From the NCBI GenBank assembly GCA_963666515.2, contig OY762897.2:1184001-1248000 (forward strand): 64,000 nt of DNA, in the 5' to 3' direction. Source of the DNA: Candidatus Binatia bacterium. GTDB lineage: Bacteria > Desulfobacterota > Binatia > UBA9968 > JAJDTQ01. Below are positions 40,133 to 49,017 of this stretch, in pieces. Under the pieces are notes generated by a model. The model worked only from the letters and a program-made list of their open reading frames with translations. It did not search any database and had not been told where the DNA came from. Position 1 is the first letter of the stretch. Each line of letters opens with the position of its first letter. The translations under genes were made by a program, and so were the position numbers.

Positions 40133-40622
40133 GGGCCTGTCCTTTGCCTGCGCGCCGCCGCAACTCGGCGGCGGCATCCTGGACCGCCTCGACGATCTTC
40201 ACGTATCCGGTGCAGCGGCACAGGTTGCCGGAGAGGGCGAAGCGGATGTCGTCGTCGGTGGGGTTCGGGTTCTCGTCCAGGAACGATGCGGCCATCATGA
40301 GCATGCCGGGGGTGCAGTAGCCGCACTGGGCGCCGCCGTCCTCGATGAAGGCCGCCTGGATCGGATGGTAGACATCGCCGTCCTTGAGCCCCTCGATGGT
40401 CACGACGTCGGCGTCGCTCAGTTCGCCGGTCAGCACCAGGCACGAGTTCACCGGCTTGCCGTTGAGGTAGACCGTGCACGCGCCGCAGTCGCCGGTGCCG
40501 CAACCCTCTTTGGTGCCGGTGATCCCGATCTCGTCCCGGAGCAGGTCCAGCAGCAGGCGGTGCGCCGGCGCGTCCACCGAGGCGGGCTTGCCGTTCAAGG
40601 TGAATTCAACAGGTTGGCTCAT
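40125..40622 (-). CDS. Xanthine dehydrogenase family 2Fe-2S subunit
   Basis: KEGCGTGDCGACTV, QCGYCTPG, NLCRCTGY. Confidence 0.93.
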   Translation of the reverse strand: MSQPVEFTLNGKPASVDAPAHRLLLDLLRDEIGITGTKEGCGTGDCGACTVYLNGKPVNSCLVLTGELSDADVVTIEGLKDGDVYHPIQAAFIEDGGAQCGYCTPGMLMMAASFLDENPNPTDDDIRFALSGNLCRCTGYVKIVEAVQDAAAELRRRAGKGQAHE

Positions 40623-40666
40623 GGATATTGAGGCTCCTTCTCGTCCTGGGGCTGCGTTCAGTCGCA

Positions 40667-40691
40667 GAGGGCGACCGCGGGTCGCCCCTAC
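40667..40691 (-). repeat. Single GTAG-type REP palindrome
   Basis: Minus strand GTAGGGGCGACCCGCGGTCGCCCTC in an intergenic spacer. Confidence 0.55.
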
Positions 40692-40714
40692 AAAGCCCCT
40701 CCGATTCCTTGCCG

Positions 40715-41632
40715 CTATGCGTAGCGGCGGTCTCTGCGGCTGGTCCACGGCACCGGGCCGTTTCCCGCGGCGGCGTTCAAGAGCGCGCGCTTGGTGTTCA
40801 CCCGGACCATGGCCCTGCGGTACTCGGCGGACGAGCGCACGTCGCTGATGGGGCTGCACTCCTCCGAGGCCTTCCGGCCAGCTTCCGCCGCCAGTTCCTC
40901 GGTCAGTACCTGTCCCTGGAGCACGGCTTCCGCCTGAGGCGCCCGCATGGGAGTGGGGGAGACCGCACCCAAGGCGATGGCGATGCTTTCGCAACGCCTG
41001 TCGGCCTCGGCCAGCGTCAGGGTGACGGCTACTCCTATGTAGGCCAGGTCCATCATGTCCCGGGGTGAGAACTTGATGTATTCGCCCACCAAGCGCGGGT
41101 TCTGCGGCGGGATCGATATCTCGGTGAGAATCTCGCCGGTCTCCGCCACGGTCTGGCCGGGGCCGCGAAAATAGTCCTTGAGGTCGAGGACCCGTTCGCC
41201 GCCGGCGCCGGCCAGCTTCGCCCTGGCGTCCAGCGCCAGCAGGGGCGGGGCCACGTCAGCGGACGGGGTGGCGTTGGCCATGTTGCCGCCGATGGTGGCG
41301 CGGTTGCGGATCTGGATCGAGCCGACCTCCGCGGCGCTCTGGGCCAGGAACGGATAACGTCCGACGATGAGAGGGGAGATCTCGACCTCTCGCATGGTGG
41401 TCAGGGCGCCGATGGTGATGCCGCCGTCGTCCTCTTCGCGAATCCCCGACAGCGACGGGATGCGTTTGAGGTCCACCACGTACTTGGGCACCAGTCCCTT
41501 CTCCTTCATGGCGATGACGAGGTCGGTGCCGCCGGCCAGGAAGTGGCCTCCGGGTCCGCCGTCCAGCATGATCCGGGTGGCCTCCGCGAGGCTCGTGGGC
41601 TGATGAAACTCCAGGGGTTCAGTGCGCTTCAT
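40715..41632 (-). CDS. Xanthine dehydrogenase family FAD-binding subunit
   Basis: AGGTDL, IRNRATIGGN, PISDVRSSAEYR. Confidence 0.92.
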   Translation of the reverse strand: MKRTEPLEFHQPTSLAEATRIMLDGGPGGHFLAGGTDLVIAMKEKGLVPKYVVDLKRIPSLSGIREEDDGGITIGALTTMREVEISPLIVGRYPFLAQSAAEVGSIQIRNRATIGGNMANATPSADVAPPLLALDARAKLAGAGGERVLDLKDYFRGPGQTVAETGEILTEISIPPQNPRLVGEYIKFSPRDMMDLAYIGVAVTLTLAEADRRCESIAIALGAVSPTPMRAPQAEAVLQGQVLTEELAAEAGRKASEECSPISDVRSSAEYRRAMVRVNTKRALLNAAAGNGPVPWTSRRDRRYA

Positions 41633-41636
41633 GGCA

Positions 41637-43010
41637 TCAATCCGGCACCGGGTACACCATCTGTCCGATGGGCTCGCCCACGGGTTCGCCGTCCTGCATC
41701 TGCACGTGGCCCCGCACGATGGCCATCACGGGCATGCCCTTGACCTTCCAGCCGTGCCACGGCGAGGGGTTGTTCTTGCTGTGCAACTTGTGGATGTCGA
41801 TGGTGCCTTCCTTGTCCATGTCGACGATGGTCACGTCGCCGTCGGAACCCACTCGGAGCGCGCCCTTCTGGGGATAGATTTGCCATACTTTCGCTGGGTT
41901 TTCCGAGGCTACCCTCACGTAATGGTTGAGGCTCATGCGGCCCTTGTTGACCTCCGTGAGGATCAACGGGACGGCGGTCTCGACCCCGCAGAACCCGGAG
42001 ATGCAGTCCCAGATGGCGGGCTTCAGCATGTTGCCGTCGGTGTCCGCGCCCTTCTCCTCCAGGGTGTGGGGCGAGTGGTCGGTGGCGATCATGTCCACGT
42101 AGCCGTTGAGCAGGCCGTCCCACAACACCTCGCCGTGGTCCCGGGTGCGCACCGGCGGGTTCATCTTGAGCAGCGGCCCCACCTTCTCCATGTCCTTGGG
42201 CTCCCGCAAGAGGTAGTGGGGGCCGGTCTCGGCGGTGATCCGGAGCCCGCGCGCTTTGGCGTCGCGGACCATGCCGGCGGCCTGCTTGGAGCTCATGTGC
42301 AGCACGTGCATCTTGGTGCCGAAGGTCTCGGCGAAGAAGATGGCGTGGTGCACCGATTCCGCCTCGCAGATGGCCGGGCGGGTGGACTCCCAGTTCACGG
42401 GGGCGGTCTTGCCCTCCTCCTTGATGCGGTTCAGGTGGTGGTACATGATCTGCCGGTTCTCGGCGTGGATGCACAGCGGCAGCCGGGACTCGGTGATGTT
42501 CTGGAACACGTCCTGACAAACGCCGTCGTCCGGGAAGGGCAGGTTGCCGATGGTCTCGCCGAAGAAGATCTTGTAGCCCACCGCTCCGACCCGGGCCATG
42601 GGTAGGATCTGGTCGGCGTTGGTCTGCACCACCACCCCCAGCAGCGCGAAATCCAGCAGCGATTTCTCCTCGGCCAGCTTCTTCTTCTCCTCCACCTGCT
42701 CGGGATGGGTCACCGGCGGGATCGTGTTGGGCATGTCCACCACGCAGGTGATGCCCCCCGCGACGGCGGAGCGGGAGCCGGTGCCGAAGTCCTCCTTGTG
42801 GGTCATGCCGGGCTCGCGGAAGTGGACGTGGCCGTCGATGAGGCCGGGAAGGATGTGCTTGCCCTTGGCGTCGATCTCCCGTGCGCCTTCCGGCAGCGAG
42901 TCGTCCGTGCCGATGGCCACGAATTTCCCGTCGTGGATGGCGACCCCGCCTTCGAACGTGTTGTCGGGCGTCACCACGGTGCCGTTCTTGATCACCATAT
43001 CTGCTTTCAT
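41637..43010 (-). CDS. Allantoinase/dihydroorotase-like cyclic amidohydrolase
   Basis: DGHVHFREPG, DMPNT, HAE, KMNPP, ATDHSPH. Confidence 0.88.
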   Translation of the reverse strand: MKADMVIKNGTVVTPDNTFEGGVAIHDGKFVAIGTDDSLPEGAREIDAKGKHILPGLIDGHVHFREPGMTHKEDFGTGSRSAVAGGITCVVDMPNTIPPVTHPEQVEEKKKLAEEKSLLDFALLGVVVQTNADQILPMARVGAVGYKIFFGETIGNLPFPDDGVCQDVFQNITESRLPLCIHAENRQIMYHHLNRIKEEGKTAPVNWESTRPAICEAESVHHAIFFAETFGTKMHVLHMSSKQAAGMVRDAKARGLRITAETGPHYLLREPKDMEKVGPLLKMNPPVRTRDHGEVLWDGLLNGYVDMIATDHSPHTLEEKGADTDGNMLKPAIWDCISGFCGVETAVPLILTEVNKGRMSLNHYVRVASENPAKVWQIYPQKGALRVGSDGDVTIVDMDKEGTIDIHKLHSKNNPSPWHGWKVKGMPVMAIVRGHVQMQDGEPVGEPIGQMVYPVPD

Positions 43011-43270
43011 GGATGCTCCCTTCGCGACGGAGGAACGGATGTCCGGCGGACATGACGGCCTGCAGAGCAACGCGCCGGGCGTGCCCGCGGACAGGTTGTT
43101 TGTTAGGAAAAAACCGCCGTTAAATCAACCCTGACCGCGCGGGTTTCAAGTTGAAATCCCGCGACTTGTGTGCAATAGGTGGCTCATTCCAGTTCCGGGC
43201 CGGGTGCCTGCGGTGCACGGCCCGGTCCCTCGATCAGCCTTGGCGGCGCGGTCCGCGACGGAGGTTGCCG

Positions 43271-44419
43271 GTGAACGACGACAGAGTCATGGTCGATATC
43301 AGGAGCCTCGAGAAATACTTCGGGGAAGGCTCCGAAAGGGTCCACGTCCTCAAGGGCGTTTCGCTCCAGATCCCCGAAGGCTCGCTCTACACCTTCCTGG
43401 GCCCCAGCGGCTGCGGCAAGACCACCACGCTGCGTTGCGTGGCCGGGCTGGAGCGGCCGGAGAGCGGCGTCATCGACATCGACGAGAGGGCGGTGTTCAA
43501 CTCCGCGGGGGGCGCCTACGTGCCGCCCAACCACCGGCCCATCGGCATGGTGTTCCAGTCCTACGCCATCTGGCCGCACATGACGGTGGCGGAGAACGTG
43601 GGCTATCCGCTCACCATCCAGCGCAGGCCCAAGGCCGAGATCCGCAGCCGGGTGGAGGACGTGCTCAAGATCGTGGGTCTGGCCGGGCTGGAAGAGCGGC
43701 CCGCGCCGAAGCTGTCGGGCGGACAGCAGCAGCGGGTGGCCTTCGCGCGGGCGCTGATCAACGAGCCCAAGGTCATGCTGCTGGACGAGCCGCTCAGCAA
43801 CCTCGACGCCAAGCTGCGCGAGCAGATGCGCTACGAGATCAAGGCGCTGCAGCGGCGCGTCAACATCACCACCATCTACGTCACCCACGACCAGGCCGAA
43901 GCGCTGGCCATCTCCGACCAGATCGCGGTCATGCACGGCGGCAAGCTCATCGAGGTGGGGGACCCCCACCAGCTCTACGCCAAGCCCAAGCGCAAGTTCA
44001 CCGCCACCTTCCTGGGGTTGACCAACCTCATCAACGGCAAGGTCGCGGAGGCGGGCGCCAACTCCCACCCCAGCCGGTTGGATACCGAGTTCGGCATGAT
44101 CACTTTCGCTCCCGCGGTGCCCATGGACCAGGGCACGGAGGCGGTGATCTCCATCCGTCCCGAGAACATCTCGGTGGCGTCGGAAGCGCCCGCGAGCATG
44201 GACAACGTGCTGCAGGGGACGCTGCATGACGCCGTCTTCATGGGCGACGCCTACCACTGCCAGGTCAAGGTGCGCGAGCAACTCATCCGTGTGCACACGC
44301 ACCCGGCCAACGCCGTGCCCGTGGGGACCAACGTCTACCTGACCCTCGACCCCGAAAGCTGCAACGGACTGCCCGCGGACGACACCGAGGGCATGGACGA
44401 CACCATGATGGGGGACTGA
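43271..44419 (+). CDS. ABC transporter ATP-binding protein (PotA/FbpC-like, C-terminal TOBE-like domain)
   Basis: [40 protein letters not shown]. Confidence 0.9.
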   Translation: MNDDRVMVDIRSLEKYFGEGSERVHVLKGVSLQIPEGSLYTFLGPSGCGKTTTLRCVAGLERPESGVIDIDERAVFNSAGGAYVPPNHRPIGMVFQSYAIWPHMTVAENVGYPLTIQRRPKAEIRSRVEDVLKIVGLAGLEERPAPKLSGGQQQRVAFARALINEPKVMLLDEPLSNLDAKLREQMRYEIKALQRRVNITTIYVTHDQAEALAISDQIAVMHGGKLIEVGDPHQLYAKPKRKFTATFLGLTNLINGKVAEAGANSHPSRLDTEFGMITFAPAVPMDQGTEAVISIRPENISVASEAPASMDNVLQGTLHDAVFMGDAYHCQVKVREQLIRVHTHPANAVPVGTNVYLTLDPESCNGLPADDTEGMDDTMMGD

Positions 44420-44512
44420 CCCGTACTGGCAATATTCGCCACGGGCCGGTATAAACAACGAGATATCCCATTGGACTGACGAGAGAATATCGAAGGAAGG
44501 AGCCGACATTCT

Positions 44513-46000
44513 ATGGCAGCAGTAGAGGCAACCAAAATCGCCGAGAAAGAGTTCAGGGGCGAGGGAACCCCCACCTACACCGATTTGCGGGAGTGGCTGG
44601 AGATCGTAGAAGCCTTCGGGCAGTTGAAGAAGGTCGACGGGGTCGACTGGAACCTGGAGATGGGAACCCTCTCCGAGCTGATCGCCCAGGGCAGCAGCGG
44701 ACCCGTCCCCGCCGTGCTCTACGACAAGATCAAGGACTACCCCGAGGGCTTCCGGGTGCTGTTCGCCCAGAACGCTTCGTTCAAGCGCATGGCGCTGGCG
44801 CTGGGCCTGCCCCTCGACTACACGGACCTGGACCTGGTGCGGGCGACCCGCACGAAGATCTCGCAGCATAACCCGATCCCGCACCGCGTGGTGGACACCG
44901 GGCCGGTGATGGAGAACGTCCTCAAGGGCGACGACATCAACCTGCTCAAGTTTCCGGTGCCGTTCGTCCACGAGCTGGACGGCGGACGCTACATCGGCAC
45001 GGGCTGCCTGGTGGTGACCAAGGACCCAGACGAGGGCTGGGTCAACTTCGGCACCTACCGCGGCATGGTGCAGGACGAGACGAGCATGAACGTCTACATC
45101 TCGCCCGGCAAGCACGGCCGCATCCAGCGGGACAAGTGGTTCGACCGGGGCGAGAAGTGTCCGGTCATCGTGTGCGTCGGACAGGACCCGGTGCTGTTCA
45201 TGGTGTCGGGCAACGAGGTGGACTACGGCGTGTCCGAGTACGACTACGCCGGCGGGCTCAAGGGGCACCCCATCGACGTCATCAACGGCGAGGTCACCGG
45301 CCTGCCGTTCCCGGCCCATGCCGAGATCGTCATCGAGGGCTTCATGGACCCCGAGGAGCGCGTCACCGAAGGGCCGTTCGGCGAGTGGACCGGCTACTAC
45401 GCCAGCAACAGCCGCCCCGAGCCGCTTATCCGGGTGCAGCGCATCTACCACCGCAACGACCCGATCCTCACCGCGGCCCGGCCCGGGCGTCCGCCTTCGG
45501 ACTACTCCATCGCCAAGTGCATGGTGAAGGCCGCGCTCATCTGGGACCAGGTGGAGAAGGCCGGTGTGCCCGACGTCAAGGGCGTGTGGTGCCACGAGGC
45601 GGGCGGCGGCCGTCTGCTGAACATCATCTCCATCAAGCAACGGTATCCGGGCCACGCGCGCCAGGCCGGCATGGTGGCCTCGCAGGTTCACGCGGGCGCC
45701 TACCTGGGCCGCTACGTCATCGTGGTGGACGACGACATCGACCCCACCAAGACCTTCGACGTGCTATGGGCCCTGGCCACCCGCTCCGACCCCGTGGACT
45801 CCATCGACATCCTGCGGCGCTGTTGGAGCGGCCCGCTCGACCCGCGCATCCAGCCGGGCAAGAAGGGCTTCAACTCCCGCGCCATCATCGACGCCACCCG
45901 CCCCTTCGAGTGGATGAAGGACTTCCCGCCCGTGGCCGAGTCGACACCCGAGCTGAAGCAGAAGGTGTTCGACAAGTGGCGCCACGTGATCGAGGCGTAG
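44513..46000 (+). CDS. UbiD family (prFMN-dependent) decarboxylase
   Basis: DGGRYI, NFGTYR, EGPFGEWTGYY, VVDDDID, WALATR. Confidence 0.92.
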   Translation: MAAVEATKIAEKEFRGEGTPTYTDLREWLEIVEAFGQLKKVDGVDWNLEMGTLSELIAQGSSGPVPAVLYDKIKDYPEGFRVLFAQNASFKRMALALGLPLDYTDLDLVRATRTKISQHNPIPHRVVDTGPVMENVLKGDDINLLKFPVPFVHELDGGRYIGTGCLVVTKDPDEGWVNFGTYRGMVQDETSMNVYISPGKHGRIQRDKWFDRGEKCPVIVCVGQDPVLFMVSGNEVDYGVSEYDYAGGLKGHPIDVINGEVTGLPFPAHAEIVIEGFMDPEERVTEGPFGEWTGYYASNSRPEPLIRVQRIYHRNDPILTAARPGRPPSDYSIAKCMVKAALIWDQVEKAGVPDVKGVWCHEAGGGRLLNIISIKQRYPGHARQAGMVASQVHAGAYLGRYVIVVDDDIDPTKTFDVLWALATRSDPVDSIDILRRCWSGPLDPRIQPGKKGFNSRAIIDATRPFEWMKDFPPVAESTPELKQKVFDKWRHVIEA

Positions 46001-46055
46001 GGCTTCGTTTCGAGGCTATGAAAAAGGGCCGGGGGCGTTACGCTCCCGGCCCTTT
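45798..46055 (+). repeat. Direct repeat copy 1 (ubiD-family 3' end plus terminator)
   Basis: About 95% identical to 47222-47480 by manual alignment. Confidence 0.95.
46021..46055. terminator. Bidirectional intrinsic terminator
   Basis: AAAAAGGGCCGGGGGCG-TTA-CGCTCCCGGCCCTTT. Confidence 0.8.
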
Positions 46056-46066
46056 GCACATGGGGA

Positions 46067-46324
46067 TTATTGGTCATCGGTTGCCGCCAAGCGCTCCTTG
46101 AGGTCTTGGAAAGAGGCTTCGTTCAGGCCAGTGGCAGCCTCGATTACATCCCACTTCACACCCACCTGCAACAGGCTTTCGACTGTATTCACGCGCCCTT
46201 TGGCTTCGCCCCTCGCTTCACCCTCGGCGCGGCCTTCTTCCCTGCCCTTCGCCTCACCTTGGGCTCTGCCTTGTTCCCTGCCTAGTTCCCTGCCTTGTTC
46301 AATGAGTTGCTGGGCGTAGGACAT
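46067..46324 (-). CDS. Putative in-frame small C-terminal protein (RpnS-like) nested in rpn
   Basis: GAAGGAGGAATC immediately before internal ATG (MSYAQQLIEQG..), 85 aa. Confidence 0.6.
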   Translation of the reverse strand: MSYAQQLIEQGRELGREQGRAQGEAKGREEGRAEGEARGEAKGRVNTVESLLQVGVKWDVIEAATGLNEASFQDLKERLAATDDQ

Positions 46325-47065
46325 GATTCCTCCTTCGGGGCTTCCGCCGAGCCGCTGCCAGTGGTCCTGCAGGAGCTGGATCTCCTTGTCGTCCTGGGTG
46401 TTCAACAGGTAGTGGCCGACCGTGCCAGCATATTCCCCTTCGCCCGCGCTACGCAACTCCAACAACAACTGCGCCACCATCTCGATGGCCGCATGGAGTT
46501 CCTGCCGGCACGCCGCCATCATGGCCAGCCGCGCAATCCGTCCCTTCAGGTCCCCGCCCACATCTCCGGGTCCGAGCCGGGTCTGGTCCAGCATGTAGTG
46601 CTCGAAGCGCACCATCCACGGCAGGCGGCGCTGGGGTTCCGGGAACAGGTCGTCGAACCGTGTGGAGTGGTTCCAGTGGCTGGCCCCCTGGTAGAACACC
46701 ACCGGCACGATGGGGTGCAACATGCCCTGCGGCGTCTCCCGCAGTTGCGCATCCCAGATGCCCATGCAGTACTTGAGCATCCGGAACGGCATCAGCCGGT
46801 CCGGAGTGGACTGGTGTTCGAGCAGCACGTAGATCCATAGCGGATCGTGGGAGGCGCCGAAGGCCGCCTTGAACAGCAGGTCGGCTTCGCTTCTGCGCAA
46901 CTCGTCATCCACGAACGACGCATCGACGGACGCCAGGGTGTTCCAGTCGATGCGGTCCCGAAACTCCGCTGGCAGGACCGGGCACAGCAGGCCCGCCGCT
47001 TCCCTCGGGTCGGCGAAGGTCTTGCGGAACAGGTTGTCATTCGGGTGAACCAGTTCGTCCGCCAC
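46067..47065 (-). CDS. Rpn (YhgA-like) recombination-promoting nuclease / putative transposase
   Basis: DNLFRKTF, SFVDDELR..ADLL, YVLLEHQS, MPFRML.Y, PVVFYQG, C-terminal (E/Q)G repeats; GTG start inferred. Confidence 0.88.
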   Translation of the reverse strand: MADELVHPNDNLFRKTFADPREAAGLLCPVLPAEFRDRIDWNTLASVDASFVDDELRRSEADLLFKAAFGASHDPLWIYVLLEHQSTPDRLMPFRMLKYCMGIWDAQLRETPQGMLHPIVPVVFYQGASHWNHSTRFDDLFPEPQRRLPWMVRFEHYMLDQTRLGPGDVGGDLKGRIARLAMMAACRQELHAAIEMVAQLLLELRSAGEGEYAGTVGHYLLNTQDDKEIQLLQDHWQRLGGSPEGGIMSYAQQLIEQGRELGREQGRAQGEAKGREEGRAEGEARGEAKGRVNTVESLLQVGVKWDVIEAATGLNEASFQDLKERLAATDDQ

Positions 47066-47221
47066 AGCGTCCTCCGGTTGCCTTGCGTCGGGGGTCAGCG
47101 GGAGTGGATGCCGTTGCGGTAATCCGCTCCCTTCTGTATACATCGGCGCTGTACGGAGAAACTTTAGTCCGGAGTTCCGTGGAACTTCGGTTTAGTGAAG
47201 TTGACCCGGAGGAAGATCGAC

Positions 47222-47480
47222 ACTCCATCGACATCCTGCGGCGCTGCTGGAGCGGCCCGCTCGACCCGCGCATCCGGCCGGGCCAGAAGGGCTTCAACTT
47301 CCGCGCTATCATCGACGCCACGCGCCCCTTTCGAGTGGATGAAGGACTTCTCGCCCGTGGCCGAGTCGACACCCGAGCTGAAGCAGAAGGTGTTCGACAA
47401 GTGGCGCCACGTGATCGAAGGGTAGGGCTTCGTTTCGAGGCTGTGAAAAAGGGCCGGGGGCATTACGCTCCCGGCCCTTT
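47222..47480 (+). pseudogene. Direct repeat copy 2: degenerate duplicate of ubiD-family 3' end and terminator
   Basis: About 11 substitutions and a 1-bp frameshifting insertion relative to 45798-46055. Confidence 0.93.
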
Positions 47481-47483
47481 CTT

Positions 47484-47690
47484 TCAGACTTTATAAAGTC
47501 CTTTGCGGCTCATTCCCGCATCGCGAGCCAGCCGGCTCACGTTCCCGACGGGGGCGATGTCGTTCAGGGCGGCACAAATAAGACTTCCGTCGCCGAGGTC
47601 TTCCTCGGCGCACGCCTCCAGGTAGAGGCGCGCGTCTTCTTCCGTGTGGAGGTCCTCCGTCACATCCCATTTCGTGAACGATTCGTTCAT
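47484..47690 (-). pseudogene. Truncated addiction-module antidote (HI1420-like HTH antitoxin)
   Basis: WDVTEDLHTEEDARLYLEACAEED..ALNDIA..SRLARDAGMSRKGLYK, then stop next to the repeat; normal C-terminus missing. Confidence 0.75.
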
Positions 47691-47749
47691 TTCTGCCTCC
47701 AGTCTTTCGCCAACTGTGCCGCGCGCTCGATGTCGCGTTTCTGGCTGGC
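47687..47749 (-). pseudogene. C-terminal remnant of RelE/HigB-like addiction-module toxin
   Basis: ASQKRDIERAAQLAKDWRQK* whose stop overlaps the antitoxin ATG (ATGA). Confidence 0.55.
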
Positions 47750-47840
47750 CGCTTGGAGCCAAAGCCAGTTTGATTTTTCTGTAATGTGCGGTAAAGTAAC
47801 AGGATTCTAGGAGCAAAACCACCGAGTAGCCGTGCCTGCC

Positions 47841-48011
47841 ATGACCAACGAAGTTCTTGATTTCGCCGCTTTGACCGTCGGTATCGCGATCCTGGCGTTC
47901 TTGTGGAATCTTCACAGGGACATCGCGAATCTATGCGAACGGATGGCACGTCTTGAGGGTCTGTTGGAGGGGTTCACCCAGAGTGGCAAGCCCCCGTCAA
48001 CCCAACCGTAA
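47841..48011 (+). CDS. Small 56-aa membrane/coiled-coil protein (not in ORF track)
   Basis: MTNEVLDFAALTVGIAILAFLWNLHRDIANLCERMARLEGLLEGFTQSGKPPSTQP. Confidence 0.55.
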   Translation: MTNEVLDFAALTVGIAILAFLWNLHRDIANLCERMARLEGLLEGFTQSGKPPSTQP

Positions 48012-48129
48012 AACACCCACGCATCGTGGTGCACTTCCTGGCAGCGCCCGCCATTCGCCCAGCGCCTCCGTGCCGCCAAGCTCAGCAATGAACCGGAAAG
48101 TCATCAGAGATGATGGGTCGCTTCGGAAA

Positions 48130-48999
48130 TCAGCCTTCTATAAGCGACCGAACAAGGGTTTGTGACCGACCAGCGATGAAGCGACTTTGTTGAACAGTGG
48201 ACATGTTGATCCGTTTGACTATGTGCTCTTTGCTTCGATCCAAAGGCCACAGAATTTCTCGGTCAGGATACGGCGTTGGCATTACAGCTACATCGGGAGA
48301 AACTGGAAGCCAACAGCCTCTTGCCTCGCCAGCATCGACTGTGGTGATTCCGCGGCTTCCGATCACAAAGCTCCTTTTCTGGTGATAAATTACGGCGATG
48401 AGTATACCTGTGTTACGGCAGAGTTGTTCAACATCCTCTCGTAGAATCTTATGATCACCGGTTGCAAACCGCGCTTTGTTGTTTTGCTTCACTGCGGCTT
48501 TTATCTTCATGATTTCTTGATTCCTATTGGACAATAAAGGTTTGGAGTCCATAGAGCCGGTGGAGGCGCACAACTGTTCAATTGCACTTGCCCAAGCGTA
48601 TTCAAATGGCTCGTCGCTCGACAAGTCTTTCATAATGAATTCCGGTGTTCTACGGCACATAGAAGCATAGAACTGCTTCCAGGAGTCCCGTTCGTCTAAT
48701 GAAAGACGAGGCGGCTCTCTTCTGCGCCCTCTCGTGACAATCTTCTCTATCACCGGAGCAGCAGCACTCTCGATTTTCTGAAGAAGCCTTTCGTTTCTAT
48801 CGTCCTTGATATCGATATCTTCCGGATCGTGATCGGTGTAGAGATCACGCTCCCTAAAAATTTTATTTGGACTAGTTGAGAAAGCAACTCTCGTATCCTT
48901 GTTGCCTGCCCATATGCGCCTCCCGTCGCAGAAATTCCGCAGAAGAAGCTGCGGAACATAGTGGTGGTTCCTGGACCTAGACAAAATCGGACCTCTCAA
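48130..48999 (-). CDS. DUF4238-like protein
   Basis: N-terminal HHYVPQLLLRNF, FVIGS, LPVSPDVAV, IN..FIAG pattern; visibly AT-richer than flanks. Confidence 0.75.
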   Translation of the reverse strand: MRGPILSRSRNHHYVPQLLLRNFCDGRRIWAGNKDTRVAFSTSPNKIFRERDLYTDHDPEDIDIKDDRNERLLQKIESAAAPVIEKIVTRGRRREPPRLSLDERDSWKQFYASMCRRTPEFIMKDLSSDEPFEYAWASAIEQLCASTGSMDSKPLLSNRNQEIMKIKAAVKQNNKARFATGDHKILREDVEQLCRNTGILIAVIYHQKRSFVIGSRGITTVDAGEARGCWLPVSPDVAVMPTPYPDREILWPLDRSKEHIVKRINMSTVQQSRFIAGRSQTLVRSLIEG

Positions 49000-49017
49000 C
49001 TACGTTACTCTGACTTG

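Noticed and set aside
46195-46300. Short 12-bp periodic repeats as a CRISPR or DNA-level array
   Set aside because: They encode the EQG/EEG repeats of the Rpn tail; no spacers or cas genes seen in the window
47083-47496. ORFs 47083-47496 and 47195-47425 as genes
   Set aside because: They are frameshifted pieces of the duplicated ubiD 3' end
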